Positions 37,460 to 51,114 of a DNA stretch of 64,000 bases are shown one piece after another; position 1 is the first letter of the stretch; every line of letters begins with the position of its first letter. Made by a program: the position numbers and the translations under genes. Source of the DNA: Octopus vulgaris (Eukaryota); the NCBI GenBank assembly GCA_951406725.2, contig OX597835.1, positions 36,518,001 through 36,582,000 on the forward strand, given 5' to 3'. The notes under the pieces are model-generated. The model saw only the letters and a program-made list of their open reading frames with translations, ran no database searches and was not told where the DNA came from.

Positions 37460-38368
37460 CTAGAAAATATTAAAAAAAAAAAAAATTAAGAATAATTAAT
37501 CATTTTTAATTGAAGTATAAGACTAATTATTTTTAAGAAAGGGGTTAGTTATTTAATAAGAATGATAAAGATAACATATGATGGTGATGATGACTTAAAT
37601 AAAAGTGGTGGCCATAGTTGGAATGTCAACTGGGGACAGCTGTTTGGATGCTGATGACTTGGTATGGCTGAGCGGATTAATGAAGACGTTGAAGATAATA
37701 GTGTTGATAACGAATGATGGTGATGATGACTTTAATAATGGTGGTGGTCATAGTTGGAATGGTAACTGGGGGAAACTGTTTAGTATGGCTGGGTGGACAC
37801 TCCACCTATTTTGGTGACAGTAATGTTTGGTGGCTGATGCAAACACACACATTCATGCAAGTGCATACAAAAATATACACATACAGATAGAGTTAGAAAG
37901 AGGGAGAGACAGGACAATTTATTAATTGAACCTAATTGATATAAACATTTTCCCTCTCCTCAGACACATAAAGAGAAAAATACTCATACAGAGAGAGAGA
38001 GAGCAAGGAGTGAGAGATAGAAATTTTGGATGAGAATACATGAAGTTACACAAGATGGTACAAGATTTGGGGATAAATAAATTTGTACAGATAGATATGC
38101 TCACAAAGAGAGGGAGAAAGAGAGAAAGACATCACACATAAGCACAAACATGAGAAGATGCTCACACACATAAGCATATAAACAGAAAGAAAGAGAGAGA
38201 TTCAGAAAGAAGGAGAGAGAGAGAGAGAAATACATTGAAATGTCTGATGTCAAATAAGCCAGCATCGATCCAGTGATTCCAAATAAGTGGTGCCAAAATG
38301 GTTCATATTTGACCAGAGTGATGATATGACAGAGATGAGGATGGTGCTAATGACAATAATAATAGTGA

Positions 38369-38407
<39 letters not shown>

Positions 38408-38444
38408 TGGTGATGATGATGAAAATGATACGAAACAGTCTTAC

Positions 38445-38568
38445 TTGGCTAAGTCAATTGGAACTGTTTTGCACCAAGCGTACATGAAATGTGGTGGACG
38501 ACACTGCATGGTTCCACCCAGCTTCCGACAGAATTCTCTGGATGTGGGAATCAAATCATAAGGAATTC
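38445..38568 (-). CDS. GLYAT-like GNAT exon 4
   Basis: catttcag acceptor; IPYDLIPTSREFCRKLGGTMQCRPPHFMYAWCKTVPIDLA(K); GTAAGA donor; phases 1 and 2 fit both neighbouring exons. Confidence 0.8.
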
Positions 38569-39513
38569 CTGAAATGGAGCAGAAAAAGAAGAAAAAAGAA
38601 CCCCTTTAATTTAGAAATGTGAGCATGGCCAAGTTGTTCTGAAGCTTATGTGTGTGCATATAGACATATTCATATATATGTATATAAATATGTGTGAGTG
38701 AGTGTGAAAACACACACACATACACACATACATACATATATATACATACATAAATACATATACATACATCCTTACATACATACATACATACAAACATACA
38801 TACATATATATACATATATACATAAATACATATATATACATACACACTTACATATATATACATACATACACACATACATATATATACATACATACACACA
38901 TACATATACATACATACATACATACATATATGAAGGGCTTCTTTCAGTTTCCATTTATCAAATCTACTTGCAAGGCCTTGATCAGCTTGAGACTATAGTA
39001 GATGACATTTGTGCGAGGTACTGTGCAGTGGGACTGAACCTTAAACCATGTGACTGGGAAACAAACTACATAATCCCACAGCCACAACACACACACATAC
39101 ACACACCTGCATACACGCATGCAAACACACACGTACGCTCACACACATAGACACGCACACACACACGCATACACATATAGGCACACAGACACTCATACAC
39201 AAACACATATACTAACACACACACACACATTCAAACACACACACACTCAAATACACATGCGTGCACTCATACACACACTCACATACACACACACATATAC
39301 ACACACGCATACACACACACACATATAGACACCCACACACACATGCATACACATATAGGCACACATACACTCACAAACAAACATGTATATAATAACATAC
39401 ACATATACACACACACACACTCAAATACACATGCGTGCACACTCACACAACACACACACACATACACACACGTAGTCAGACAGACAGACCAATAGATATA
39501 TGGACATACTCAC

Positions 39514-39628
39514 CAGAAAAGTTAACAGGCTTTGTCCAGTCTATCACACCCGGTCTTTGCAGAAAATATTTGAGGGTGCTGGCACTCTTTGTGTGACAAA
39601 TATAGGAGTACTGGAAGAAGGCTGGAAC
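39514..39628 (-). CDS. GLYAT-like GNAT exon 3
   Basis: CAG acceptor; VPAFFQYSYICHTKSASTLKYFLQRPGVIDWTKPVNFS(G) with the L..P.VI.W motif; GTGAGT donor. Confidence 0.87.
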
Positions 39629-40346
39629 CTGCGAACCATCAGATTGAAACAACAAAAACATTTTTAAAAATAAACAAACAAAGCAATCGTCAACAATTTA
39701 ATATTTAGTATCAGATATTTTTTCCAATCTTATTTTTTGATTTTTGATTTTGCAACATTACGTGCCAGTAGCACGTAAGAGAACCATCCGAACGTGGCCG
39801 TAGCCAGCGCTGCCCCGATTGGCCTCCGTGCCGGTGGCACGTAAAAAGCATCATCCAACCGTGGCCTTTGTCACCTTCGTCTGGCCCCCGTGCCAGTGGC
39901 ACGTAAAAAGCACCATCCAATCGTGGCCGTTGCCAGCCTCGTCTGGCACCTGTGCCAGTGGCACGTAAGAAGCACCCACTACACTCACGGAGTGGTTGGT
40001 GTTAGGAAGGGCATCCAGCTGTAGAAACACTGCCAGATCAGTCCAACCCATGTTAGCATGGAAAGCGGACGTTAAACGATGATGATGATGATGATGATTT
40101 TTTATCTTTTACTTGCTTCAGTCATTGAACTGTGGCCATGCTGGAGCACCACCTTGAAGGTTTTTAGTTGAACAAATTGAGGCCAGTTCTTATTTTTAAG
40201 TCTGGTACATAAATATGTTCTTGGGTCTCTCTTGCTGAAAGGCTTGGTTTATGGGGATGTAAACAAACCAGTACTGGTTGTCAAGCAGTGGAAAGGAGGA
40301 CAACCACAACACAAAGATACACACATATACATACATATATATTTAT

Positions 40347-40412
<66 letters not shown>

Positions 40413-40751
40413 TGGAGATAGATTAGATAGATAGGTAGATTTGTAGTAGATAGACAGACAGACAGACAGACAGGCAGGCAGGTAGGTAGGTATGTAGGTA
40501 TATAGATAGATAGATAAGGCAGCAAGGTGGCAGAAACGTTAACACGCCGGGCGAAATGCGTAGCCGTATTTTGTCTGCCGTTACGTTCTGAGTTCAAATT
40601 CCGCTGAGGTCGACTGCCTTTCATCCTCTCGGGGTCGATAAATTAAGTACCAGTTATGCACTGGGGTCGATATAATCGACTTAATCCATTTGTCTGTCCT
40701 TGTTTGTCTCCTCTATGTTGATCCCCTTGTGGGTAGTAAAGAAATAGGTAT

Positions 40752-40783
<32 letters not shown>

Positions 40784-40787
40784 GTAT

Positions 40788-40849
<62 letters not shown>

Positions 40850-41701
40850 GATAGATAGATAGATGATGGATAGATAGGTAGAGAGATATAATTCAAATTT
40901 ACAGAAAGGCAATGACAAGTGACCAAGACCTTTGGCGATATGCTATGCTTGAGAAGACCCATCAAGCCAAGTGAAGTGGTAGTCGAGGCCAACACCGGTG
41001 TCATGTAAAAAGCACCCATAACACTGTTGGAGTGGTTGGTGTTAGGAAGGGCATCCAGCCACAGAAACCATGCCAAATCAGATTGGAACTTGGTGCAGTG
41101 TTCCGGCTTCCCAGTTTCAGTCAGGCTATCTAACCCATGCCAGCATGGAATGCAGATACTGACTGACTGACTGACTGGATGATGATGATGATGGTGTTGG
41201 TGATGCCTGACAGATAGATAGAGGATTAAATGGAACAGTGACCAGGTGTCCAGGTGTGCAGAGCCAGCAAGCTGTGACTGCAAAGCAGGGTAGCATTTGA
41301 GAGAGAGTTAGCTGCTATCTCTAGCTGAGTCAAGTAAACTTCACAGAGGCCACCTTGCTGGCAATGTCATCCACCTGGATTCTGATGTTGGCCCCTAACG
41401 AATTAGGTAAGAGTGATCTAAACAATATTGGTGGTTGCAGTGGTCAAGTTGATGACAGTAGCAGAGGTGAAGACAATGGTGGTGGTGGTGGTAGTTTTGA
41501 TGATGATGATGATGTTGTTGAATAATGGTGGTGGTCATTGTCGTGGCAGCAGCAGCAGTGGTCGCAGTTTTGATGATAATGATGATGATGGCGGTGGTGG
41601 TGGTGGTGGTGGTGGTAGTGGTTGTATTGATGAAGATGATGATGATGGTAATAATGGCACCTACAAGAAAGAAAGAGAAGTGAAAACGAAAAATTTGTTA
41701 C

Positions 41702-41815
41702 CTCTTTGCCTGAACATGGTCGTACAACAAAACATGTATATTTTGGCCAGGAATCCACAAGACACTCAAAGTTGGTTAAGATTCCATTCAAAATGTGTCG
41801 AATTGTATAAAATAC
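41702..41815 (-). CDS. GLYAT-like GNAT exon 2
   Basis: CAG acceptor; VFYTIRHILNGILTNFECLVDSWPKYTCFVVRPCSGKE contains the VD.WP motif of the GLYAT N-terminal domain; GT donor. Confidence 0.88.
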
Positions 41816-42009
41816 CTGATTGGAATGAGAGAGAGAGAGAGAGAGAGAGAAATAACAAAATTGAATTGATTTCAAAAGAAAATTCTTTTTAATCAAAAAA
41901 AATTACCTGAGAGACTTAAAAGAAACAATAAAATTAAATTAATTTCTAATTAGTAAATAAACATGTGAAACTTTTCTTGCATTCTATGTTTGTTTGTTTG
42001 TTTGTTTGT

Positions 42010-42401
42010 TGAGTGAAGCAGTCTTCGTCCCAGAGCTCGCAAGATCGCGCCTCAGGATTGTCTGTAGTGGGAGAAGTCCGAAACGTGGTCCTTTGCTATT
42101 CGTAAGACCCACAGGAGAGAAAGCAGGTCAACCCCCGACACCCAGAGCATTGATGGATGGATGAATGTGCATCCAGGCTCAGCAGTTGCATAGGAAGTCG
42201 GGGACAAGAAACAGGAAGAAAGAGTGAGAGAAAGTCGGAGCGAAGGAGTACAACAGGGGTTGCCACCACACCCTGCCAGAGCCTCGTGGAGCTTTAGGTG
42301 TTTTCGCTCAATAAACACACATAACGCCCGGTCTGGGAATCGAGACCGCGATCCTCTGACCGCGAGTCCGCTGCCCTAACCACTGGGCCATTGCGCCTCC
42401 A
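42010..42401 (-). mobile_element. tRNA-Arg-like SINE family C (other copies 16481 +, 55345-55636 -; related head at 19539 +)
   Basis: ggaggcgcaatggcccagtggttagggcagcggactcgcg...tctcgattccc head, shared body, simple-repeat tail. Confidence 0.72.
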
Positions 42402-43376
42402 CTGCATTCTATGTGTGTAATGTGTGAGCATGTATGCATAAGAGTATTGGTAGGTGTATATGTAAGTTGTGTACATATATGCAAACGTATGTACATACAT
42501 ATGTATGTATGTATACGAGGGGGGGGGGGGCTGAAAAGTTCCTGGCTTTAAGAGTATCAGGAATGACCTGGTTGACGGCCCAACGTTCCATGTTCTTTTA
42601 TTGGGTTTAGAAAAACTGAAGGATTGCTGCAATAAGTGTGTGAATCTGAGAGGGGAATCATCATCATCATCATCGTCATCATCATCATCATCATCATCGT
42701 TTAATGTCCGCTTTCCATGCTAGCATGGGTTGGACGAATGACTGAGGGCTGGCGAACCAGATGGCTGCACCAGGCTTCAATCTTGATCTGGCAGAGTTTC
42801 TACAGCTGGATGCCCTTCCTAATGCCAACCACTCCAAGAGTGTAGTGGGTGCTTTTTATGTGCCACCGGCACGGGGCCAGTCAGGCGGTACTGGCAACGA
42901 CCTTGCTTGATGTTGAATAAAATCATAATTAACTGATCCTCTTGTAATTTCTTTTACCCAAAACCAGGAACGTTTCAGCACCCACCTTGTGTGTGTATGT
43001 GTGTGTGTGTATTTGGGCCTTAGAACCTTCGAAACCAAATAATTTTGTTTCTTATTTAATCAACTTGAGTAGAAACAATTTCATTCTATCTACTGAAAAA
43101 TAGACAACAGAAAATAAATGCCAAACACACAAACACATGGATAAACATACACAAGCAGACACACACATACAGATAAAGAGAATTAGATACAGAAACAATA
43201 CACATACACATGATCACACATCCACTATCATCTCCACCATTCACTGCATTCACTTCCATCCTCATCTCCTTCCACTTGGCACTCCCCTTCTATTCTCTTT
43301 CAAACTTATACCTACCTATTCACCCTGTCCAATCTTTTTCACCATTTCTCATATATCTATATACACATATATAGAA

Positions 43377-43606
43377 GGTGGTGAACTGGCAGAAACGTTA
43401 GCACGCCGGGCGAAATGCGTAGCCGTATTTCGTCTGCCGTTACATTCTGAGTTCAAATTCCGCCGAGGTCGACTTTGCCTTTCATCCTTTCGGGGTCGAT
43501 AAATTAAGTACCAATTGCACACTGGGGTCGATGTAATCGACTTAAGCCGTTTGTCTGTCTTTGTTTGTCCCCTCTGTGTTTAGCCCCTTGTGGGTAGTAA
43601 AGAAAT
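43377..43606 (+). mobile_element. Nin/Deu-domain SINE family B, representative copy (others at about 2212, 3090, 21367, 24735, 25090, 27962, 29086-29700, 30830, 31075, 40517, 50845, 53657, 58170)
   Basis: B box gagttcaaattcc followed by gactttgcctttcatcctttcggggtcgataaattaagtacc (Nin/Deu domain-like). Confidence 0.8.
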
Positions 43607-43624
43607 ATATATACACATATATAC

Positions 43625-43886
43625 ATTATAATTAAGGGTATCTAAGAGATACAACCATGCTAGATATAGCAGCTAAAACTTGACCCTAAAACCACATTAA
43701 ATGTTCATACAGCACCAGGAACATTTAATGTGGTTTTTAGAGTAAAGTTTTAGCTGCAATATCTAGCATGGTGGTATCTCTTAGATACCCTTAATTATAA
43801 TTTTAATAATAATTATTACCTTTGAAGTTTTTATTCCCATGCTAGCCACCTGATTGATCAGTATTTTAAATAACAATCTTATCCTT
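43625..43886. mobile_element. Fold-back + tail element in (TA)n, family copy 2
   Basis: Same arms and tail as copy 1, different loop length. Confidence 0.75.
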
Positions 43887-44358
43887 ATTTATATAAATTT
43901 ATATATACATATATACATAAAAGGCACATAAAAAGCACCATCCGAACGTGGCCGATGCCAGCGCCGCCTCGACTGGCTTCTGTGCCGGTGGCACGTTAAA
44001 AGCACCAACCGATCGTGGCCGATACCAATCCCCCTTGGCACCTGTGCAGGTGGCACGTAAAAAGCACCCACTACACTCACGGAGTGGTTGGCGTTAGGAA
44101 GGGCATCCAGCTGTAGAAACACTGCTAGATCAGACTGGAGCCTGGTGCAGCCCCTGGCTTCCCAGACCCCGGTCGAACCGTCCAACCCGTGCTAGCACGG
44201 AAAATGGACGTAAAACGATGATGATGATGATACATGTATAAAGGTAAAGACCCCCTTCGGTCATGAATAACTATGGGATCACACCTAGAAAGTTACCCTC
44301 CAAGGCACAAGTCCGGGCAGGGTTGTATATGGAAGGCCAGCTGTCACCCCTGCATAGC

Positions 44359-44398
<40 letters not shown>

Positions 44399-44443
44399 GC
44401 ATGTATGTATGTGTGTATATATGTATGTATGCATGTATGTATG

Positions 44444-44477
<34 letters not shown>

Positions 44478-45048
44478 TGTATGCATGTATGTATGTATGC
44501 ATGCATGTATGTATGCATGTATGTGTGTATGTGTGTGTATGTATGTATGTATGTATGTGTGTATGTATGTATGCGTGTATGTGTGTATGTGTGTATATGT
44601 ATGTATGTATGTAGTTGTAAGGCCAGTTTCTTAACCACACAGCCATTACCTTCATACTCGAAACGAATCCGGCAGAGTAACTTTTGTTTGATCTCCAGAA
44701 TCAAAAGGGCCGCAAATCACAATGTACAAGTGACTGACAGACTTGGCAGGTGTGTGTGTCTGTGTGTATGTGTGTGCGTGTGTGAAAGTTTCAGTATGTC
44801 TAGGTGTGAATATACATACATATATGCACACACACACACACACACATACATGCACGTGTTTGTGCATGTGTATGTTTTATATATATAGGAGTGGCTGTGT
44901 GGTAAGTAGCTTGCTTACCAACCACATGGTTCCAGGTTCAGTCCCACTGCGTGGCACCTTGGGTGAGTGTCTTCTACTATAGCCTCGGGCCGACCAAAGC
45001 CTTGTGAGTGAATTTGGTAGATGGAAACTGAAAGAAGCCCGTCGTATA

Positions 45049-45098
<50 letters not shown>

Positions 45099-46683
45099 TG
45101 TGTATATGTTTGTGTGTCTGTGTTTGTCCCATCCAACATCGCTTGACAACTGATGCTGGTGTGTTTATGTTCCCGTCACTTAGCAGTTCGGCAAAAAGAG
45201 ATCGATAGAATAAGTACTAGGCTTACAAAGAATAAGTCCCGGGGTTGAGTTGCTTGATTAAAGGTGGTGCTCCAGCATGGCCGCAGCCAAATGATTGAAA
45301 CAAGTAAAAAGAGAATATATATTGTTTTATTCCTTTTCTTGCTTCTTTTAGCCATTTGACTGTGGCCAAGCTGGAGCACCACCTTGAATGATTTTAGCCA
45401 CACAAATCAAATTCAGGACTTATTTCGTAAGCCTAGTATTTCTTCTATCAGTTTCTTTTGCCAAATTGTTAAGTTACGGGGACATAAACACACCAACACC
45501 GGTTGTCAATCAGTGACGCAGGGACAAACACAGACACAGATGTATACATACATACATATATATATAGATATATACATATACATATATACATATATATATA
45601 TATCATCATCATCATCGTTGAACGTCCGTTTTCCATGCTAGCATGGGTTGGACAGTTCGACCGGGGTCTGAGAAGCCAGAAAGCTGCACCAGGCTCCAGT
45701 CTAATCTGGCAGTGTTTCTACAGCTTGATGCCCTTCCTAAAGCCAACCACTCCGTGAGTGTAGTGGATGGCAACGGCCGCGATAAGGTGGTGCTTTTATG
45801 TGCCACCGGCACAGAAACCAGTCAAGGCGGCACTGGCATCGGCCACGTTTGGATGGTGCTTTTTATGTGCCACCAGCACAGGGATCACAACTACAATTTC
45901 CATTGATTTTTGATGTTGATGTACTTGACTCAATAGGTCTCCTCAAGCACATGGTTGAAACGGTGTTTCTTTACTTGCCACCTGCACTGGAGTCAGTCCA
46001 GCGGCACTGGCAACGACCGGTGCCAGTCATCGAATTTGGTTTAATTTCAATATCACTTGCCCCAACAGGTCTTCGCAAGCAGAGATTAGTGTCCAATGAA
46101 GGGAGGTTGGCATGGGTGCCAGTCGTCGGATGTGGTTCGATTTCGAAGTCAATTTCAATTTCACTCGCCTCAACAGGTCTTCGCAAGCAGAGTTTTGTGT
46201 CCAAAGAAGGAAAGGTATTCATAAGTTGGCTGGCTACATCCCTGGCAAAGGCAACAGGTTATGGACTCACTTGTCTTGCTGGGTCTTCTCATGAACAGCA
46301 TATTTCCAAAGGTCTCGGTCACTGGTCATTGCCTCCGTGTGGCCTAATGTTCAAAGGTCGTGCTTCACCACCTCGTCCACAGGTTCCCTCAACCGCTATA
46401 TATATATATATATGTCATAGAAACCATGCCAAATCAGCCTGGAGTCCGATGCAGCTTTGCAGCTTGCCAGCCCTGGTCAAACTGTCCAACCCATGCCAGC
46501 ATGAACAATGGATGTTAAATGATGATGATATATATATATATATATATGGTTGGTGTTAGGAAGGGCATCCAGCCGTAGAAACACTGCCAGATCTGACTGG
46601 GCCTGACGAAGCCTTCCAGCTTCACAGACCCCAGTTGAACTGTCCAACCCATGCTAGCATGGAAAGCGGACGCTAAATGATGA

Positions 46684-46733
<50 letters not shown>

Positions 46734-47028
46734 ATATACATGATGGGCTTCTTTCAGTTTCTGTTTACCAAATCCACTCACAGGTTTTGGTCAGCCCAAG
46801 GCTACAGTAGAAGATATTTGCCCAAGGTGCCACACAGACGGACTGAACCCAGAACCATGTAGTTGGGAAGCAAGCTTCTTACCACACAGACATGCCTATA
46901 TATACATATATATATAGGGTAAGAATTCACAAAAAAAACAAGACGAAGACAGGTGGTGTAGACAACAAACAGATGTCAAGCGATGTTGGGGAGACAGCCA
47001 GACACACAAACATATTACACACACACAC

Positions 47029-47063
<35 letters not shown>

Positions 47064-47164
47064 GTTAATCCAAACATGAAAACAAAAAGAGAAAACACAA
47101 CAACGCGAGGACGTGGAACAAATATAGTATTATTGGACGCTCAGGAAGGAAGGGAAGAAGGAGG

Positions 47165-47199
47165 GTTTAACGTTTCGAGCAGAGCTCTTCGTCGGAAAC
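47165..47199 (-). ncRNA. Minimal hammerhead motif with variant core, within a repeat starting at (TA)n (47063-47262)
   Basis: GTTT-CCGACGA-A-GAGCtctGCTC-GAAACGTT-AAAC; palindromic AACGTT stem III; U4 replaced by C. Confidence 0.55.
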
Positions 47200-47810
47200 A
47201 TAGGAGAAGGAAAGATCCAGAGAAGGGAAGACAGAGGAAAAAAATCGCCAACGGTTCACACAGAGGCTTCTTTCAGTTTTCATCTACCAAATCCACTCAC
47301 AAGGCTTCGGTCGGCCCGAGGTTATGGTAGAAGACACTTGCCCAAGGTGCCACACAGTGGAACTGAAACCGGAACCATGTGGTTGGTAAACAAGCTACTT
47401 ACCACACAGCCACTCCTGCACCTATATATATATATATATTTTTTTTTTCTTTTTACTTTCTTTGTACAGGTGTGTCTATGTGTGTGTGCGTGTGTGTGTA
47501 TATTTGTGTGTCTGTGTGCATTAGAAAATGTAGGCGTAAGTTTCTGCGTGTCTAGATGTATGTGTGAGTAGGTGTGCTTAGGTAGCTGTCTTGGTACAGG
47601 AATGTGCATATGTGTGTGTGTGTGTGTATGTGTGTGTGTAGACGTATGGCTACCTGAGTATGTGTGTAATAGAAAATGAAGACGTGTGAGCTGCCTCTGT
47701 GGATGTTTAGATTTCTGTGAGTAGGTGTATATATGTACAGGTATGTGTGTGTGTATATGTTCGTGTAAGTGATAGTGAGTGTGCACGTTTGTGAGTTTGT
47801 GTGTGTGTGA

Positions 47811-47858
<48 letters not shown>

Positions 47859-48429
47859 AAACAGATATGACTGTGCGCTTATGTACCTCTCCATTTATGT
47901 CTATTTGTGTGCGAGTTTGTGTTCACATTTTCGCGTTTGAATGTTTATTTACAGGTGCGTGTGTATGTGTGTGTGTGTGTGCGACCGTATATTTGTGTAT
48001 GTGCGTACATAGCCATATGGGTGACGATCGGTGTGTGTACAGGCCCGTGTGTGTGTGTGAGTAGATGTGAAAGTAGGTCTAATTGTGTGAACAACTACGC
48101 CTCTGTGTGTGTGCGTGTGCATGTAAAAGTAGGTCTATTGGTCTATTGCTGTGTGTGTGTGTGTAACAATCAGCCTGACAGCTTACACAGACAAGGAGGT
48201 AGGCAGCGGGGGTGGGGGGACATCAATAGTAAATAAGTGACACACATCGTAGTCTGATTGCATCATACAGTTTTTAGTGACATAGGTTGGATGGGTGAGT
48301 CCACTATCAAGGTAGAGGTGGTAACAGGTTGTCTTCTGTCAACATCTGAAGCAACGGAGCTGCTCTGACAGTCGTCACATTCACTATCGCTTTCATTATA
48401 TCTCTGTTCTTCATTCCCATTTATACATC

Positions 48430-48474
<45 letters not shown>

Positions 48475-48630
48475 GTGTGGTAAGTAGCTTGCTAACCAAC
48501 CACATGGTTCCGGGTTCAGTCCCACTGCGTGGCATCTTGGGCAAGTGTCTTCTACTATAGCCCCGAGCCGACCAAAGCCTTGTGAGTGGATTTGGTAGAC
48601 GGAAACTGAAAGAAGCCTGTCGTATATATG

Positions 48631-48663
<33 letters not shown>

Positions 48664-48956
48664 TTGTGTGTCTGTGTTTGTCCCCCTAGCATTGCTTGAC
48701 AACCGATGCTGGTGTGTTTACGTCCCCGTCACTTAGCGGTTCGGCAAAAGAGACCGATAGAATAAGTACTGGACTTACAAAGAATAAGACCCGGGGTCGA
48801 TTTGGTCGACTAAAGGCGGTGCTCCAGCATGGCTGCAGTCAAATGACTGAAACAAGTAAAAGAGTAAATTGTATATATATATATATATATTCTTTGACTT
48901 GTTTCAGTCATTTGACTGGAGCACCGCCTTAAGTGGGTTTCAGTCGAACAAATCGA

Positions 48957-49367
48957 GGATCTTTTTCGGTTTGAACGGCAGTTTTTTCTAGTGGTGTCAT
49001 ATGAAATTGTCACCCATAATTATGACCCTAGTATCGATCTATTGCATTTCAATCTGTTTTAGGGTTAGGGGTGGGAGAAAGGGTATCTTTTTTTCTTCAC
49101 AAATGTAAATAAACTTAATCTGTTTTTTAAACGAGGGACATTTTCATACGGCACAGAATGTTTTCACCTCAATAGACGTCATTGATTGGTTGAAATTGCA
49201 AAAATTGATGAAAAACAACAACAAATATCTTACAAACTATAGAATTTTCTCAATAAAGCCAAGAGAAAAAAATGTTTTATAAACACATTCTACCAGTATA
49301 CGAAGTTTAAAAGTGTTTAGTTACGTGGAAATTATTTTAAAAACTGCCGTTCAAACCGAAAAGATCC
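48957..49367. mobile_element. MITE family M2 copy inside a SINE (related pieces at 6981-7135 + 9053-9238, 24056-24397, 58682-58865)
   Basis: Same TIRs and internal sequence as the other M2 copies. Confidence 0.82.
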
Positions 49368-51066
49368 CCAGGACTTATTCTTTGTAAGCCAAGTACTTAT
49401 TCTATCAGTTTTTTCGTTTTTTTTTTGCTGAACCGCTAAATACCGGTTGTCAATCGGTGACAGGTACAAACGCAGACACAAAGACACACACACAAAAACA
49501 TATATATGCGACGTTTGTGTGTGTGTGTGTATATACACACACACACGACATGCTTCCTTCAGTTTCCGTCTACCAAATCCATTCACAAGGCTTTGGTCAG
49601 GCCGAAGCTATAGTAGAAGACACTTGCCGAATGTGCCAGGCACCACGCAGTGGGACTGAACCCAGAACCATGTGGTTGAGAATCAATCTTCTTATTTTTT
49701 TTTATTGCCCACAAGGGGCCAAACATAGAGAAGATAAACAAGGACAGGCAAAGGGATTAAGTCGATTGCATCAACCCCATTGCATAACTGGTACTTGATT
49801 TATCGATCCCGAGAGGATGAAAGGCAAAGTCGACCTTGCCGGAATTTGAACTCAGAAGGTAACGGCAGACGAAATACCGCAAGGCATTTCGCCCGGCGTT
49901 CTAACGTTTCTTACCACACAACCTCGCCTATGCCCGAGAGAGAGAGTGTGTGTGTGTGTATGTGTGTAGAAGTTTGCAGACTACATCTGATAAATGGTCA
50001 GTTCTTCAACACAATAGTAGCAAAGCTATGCCACAGAAACCGGGAAACTGGCCCTATGACTCTTTGCATTTTACATAGTACCAGTCATGTACTGAGGCCA
50101 ATGGTATTGACTAATACTCTCCGACAAAATTTTAGGTTGGGCTTGTGCTTATATTTGAAGCAGGTGAGTTGGCAGAACTGTTAGCACATCAGACAATAAA
50201 AATGCTAAGCAACATTCCTTCTACCTCCTCACATTCTGAGTTCAAACCCTACAAAGGTCAACTTGCCATTCATCCCTTCAGGGTTGATAAGAACAAAGAA
50301 GAACAAGAGAAGATTTGTGTATGTATGTGTGTGTGTGTGCATGTGTGTGTGTGTGTGGGCATGTATGCCAAGGTCAACTTGTCTTTCATCTTTCCAGGGT
50401 CGACCAGACAAAGTATCAGTGAAGTACAAGAGAAAATGTGTGTGTGTGTGCATGTGTATGTGTGTGTGTGTGTGTGTGTACATCAAGGTCAACTTTGCCT
50501 TTCGTCTTTCCAGGCTCAGTAAAACAAAGTACCAGTGAAGTACAAGAAAAGATGTGAGTGTGTGTGTACGTGTACATGTGTGCTTGTATGCATGCGTAGG
50601 TCAACTTGTTTCACCCTTCCAGCATGCTGGACGAAATGCTTAGAGGTATTTCGCCAATCACTACATTTTGAGTTCAAATTCCGCCTATGTCAACTTTGCC
50701 TTTCATCCTTTCAAGGTAGATAAATTAATTAAGTACCACTTAATTAAGTGAAACACTGGGGGTCAATGTAATCGACTGGTCTCCTCCCTGAAAATTTCAG
50801 ACCTTATGTGTATAGTAGAAAAGATTATTATTATTATTATTAAGGTCAAGAGCTGGCAGAACCGTTAGCATGCCAGGCAAAATGCATAGCAGCACTTTGT
50901 CTGTCAGCACGTTCTGAGTTCAAATTCTGCTGGGGTCGACTTTGCCTTTCACCCTTTCGGGGTCGATAAATTAAGTACCAGTGACACACTGGGGTTGATG
51001 TAATCCCACAAAATTTCAAGCCTTGTATCTATAGAAGAAAGGATAATAATAATAATAATAATAATA

Positions 51067-51114
<48 letters not shown>

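Noticed and set aside
36060-48240. Many ORFs rich in YI, HT, CV or MYV
   Set aside because: These are translations of (TA)n, (CA)n and (TATG)n microsatellites and SINE bodies; no protein-family signal.
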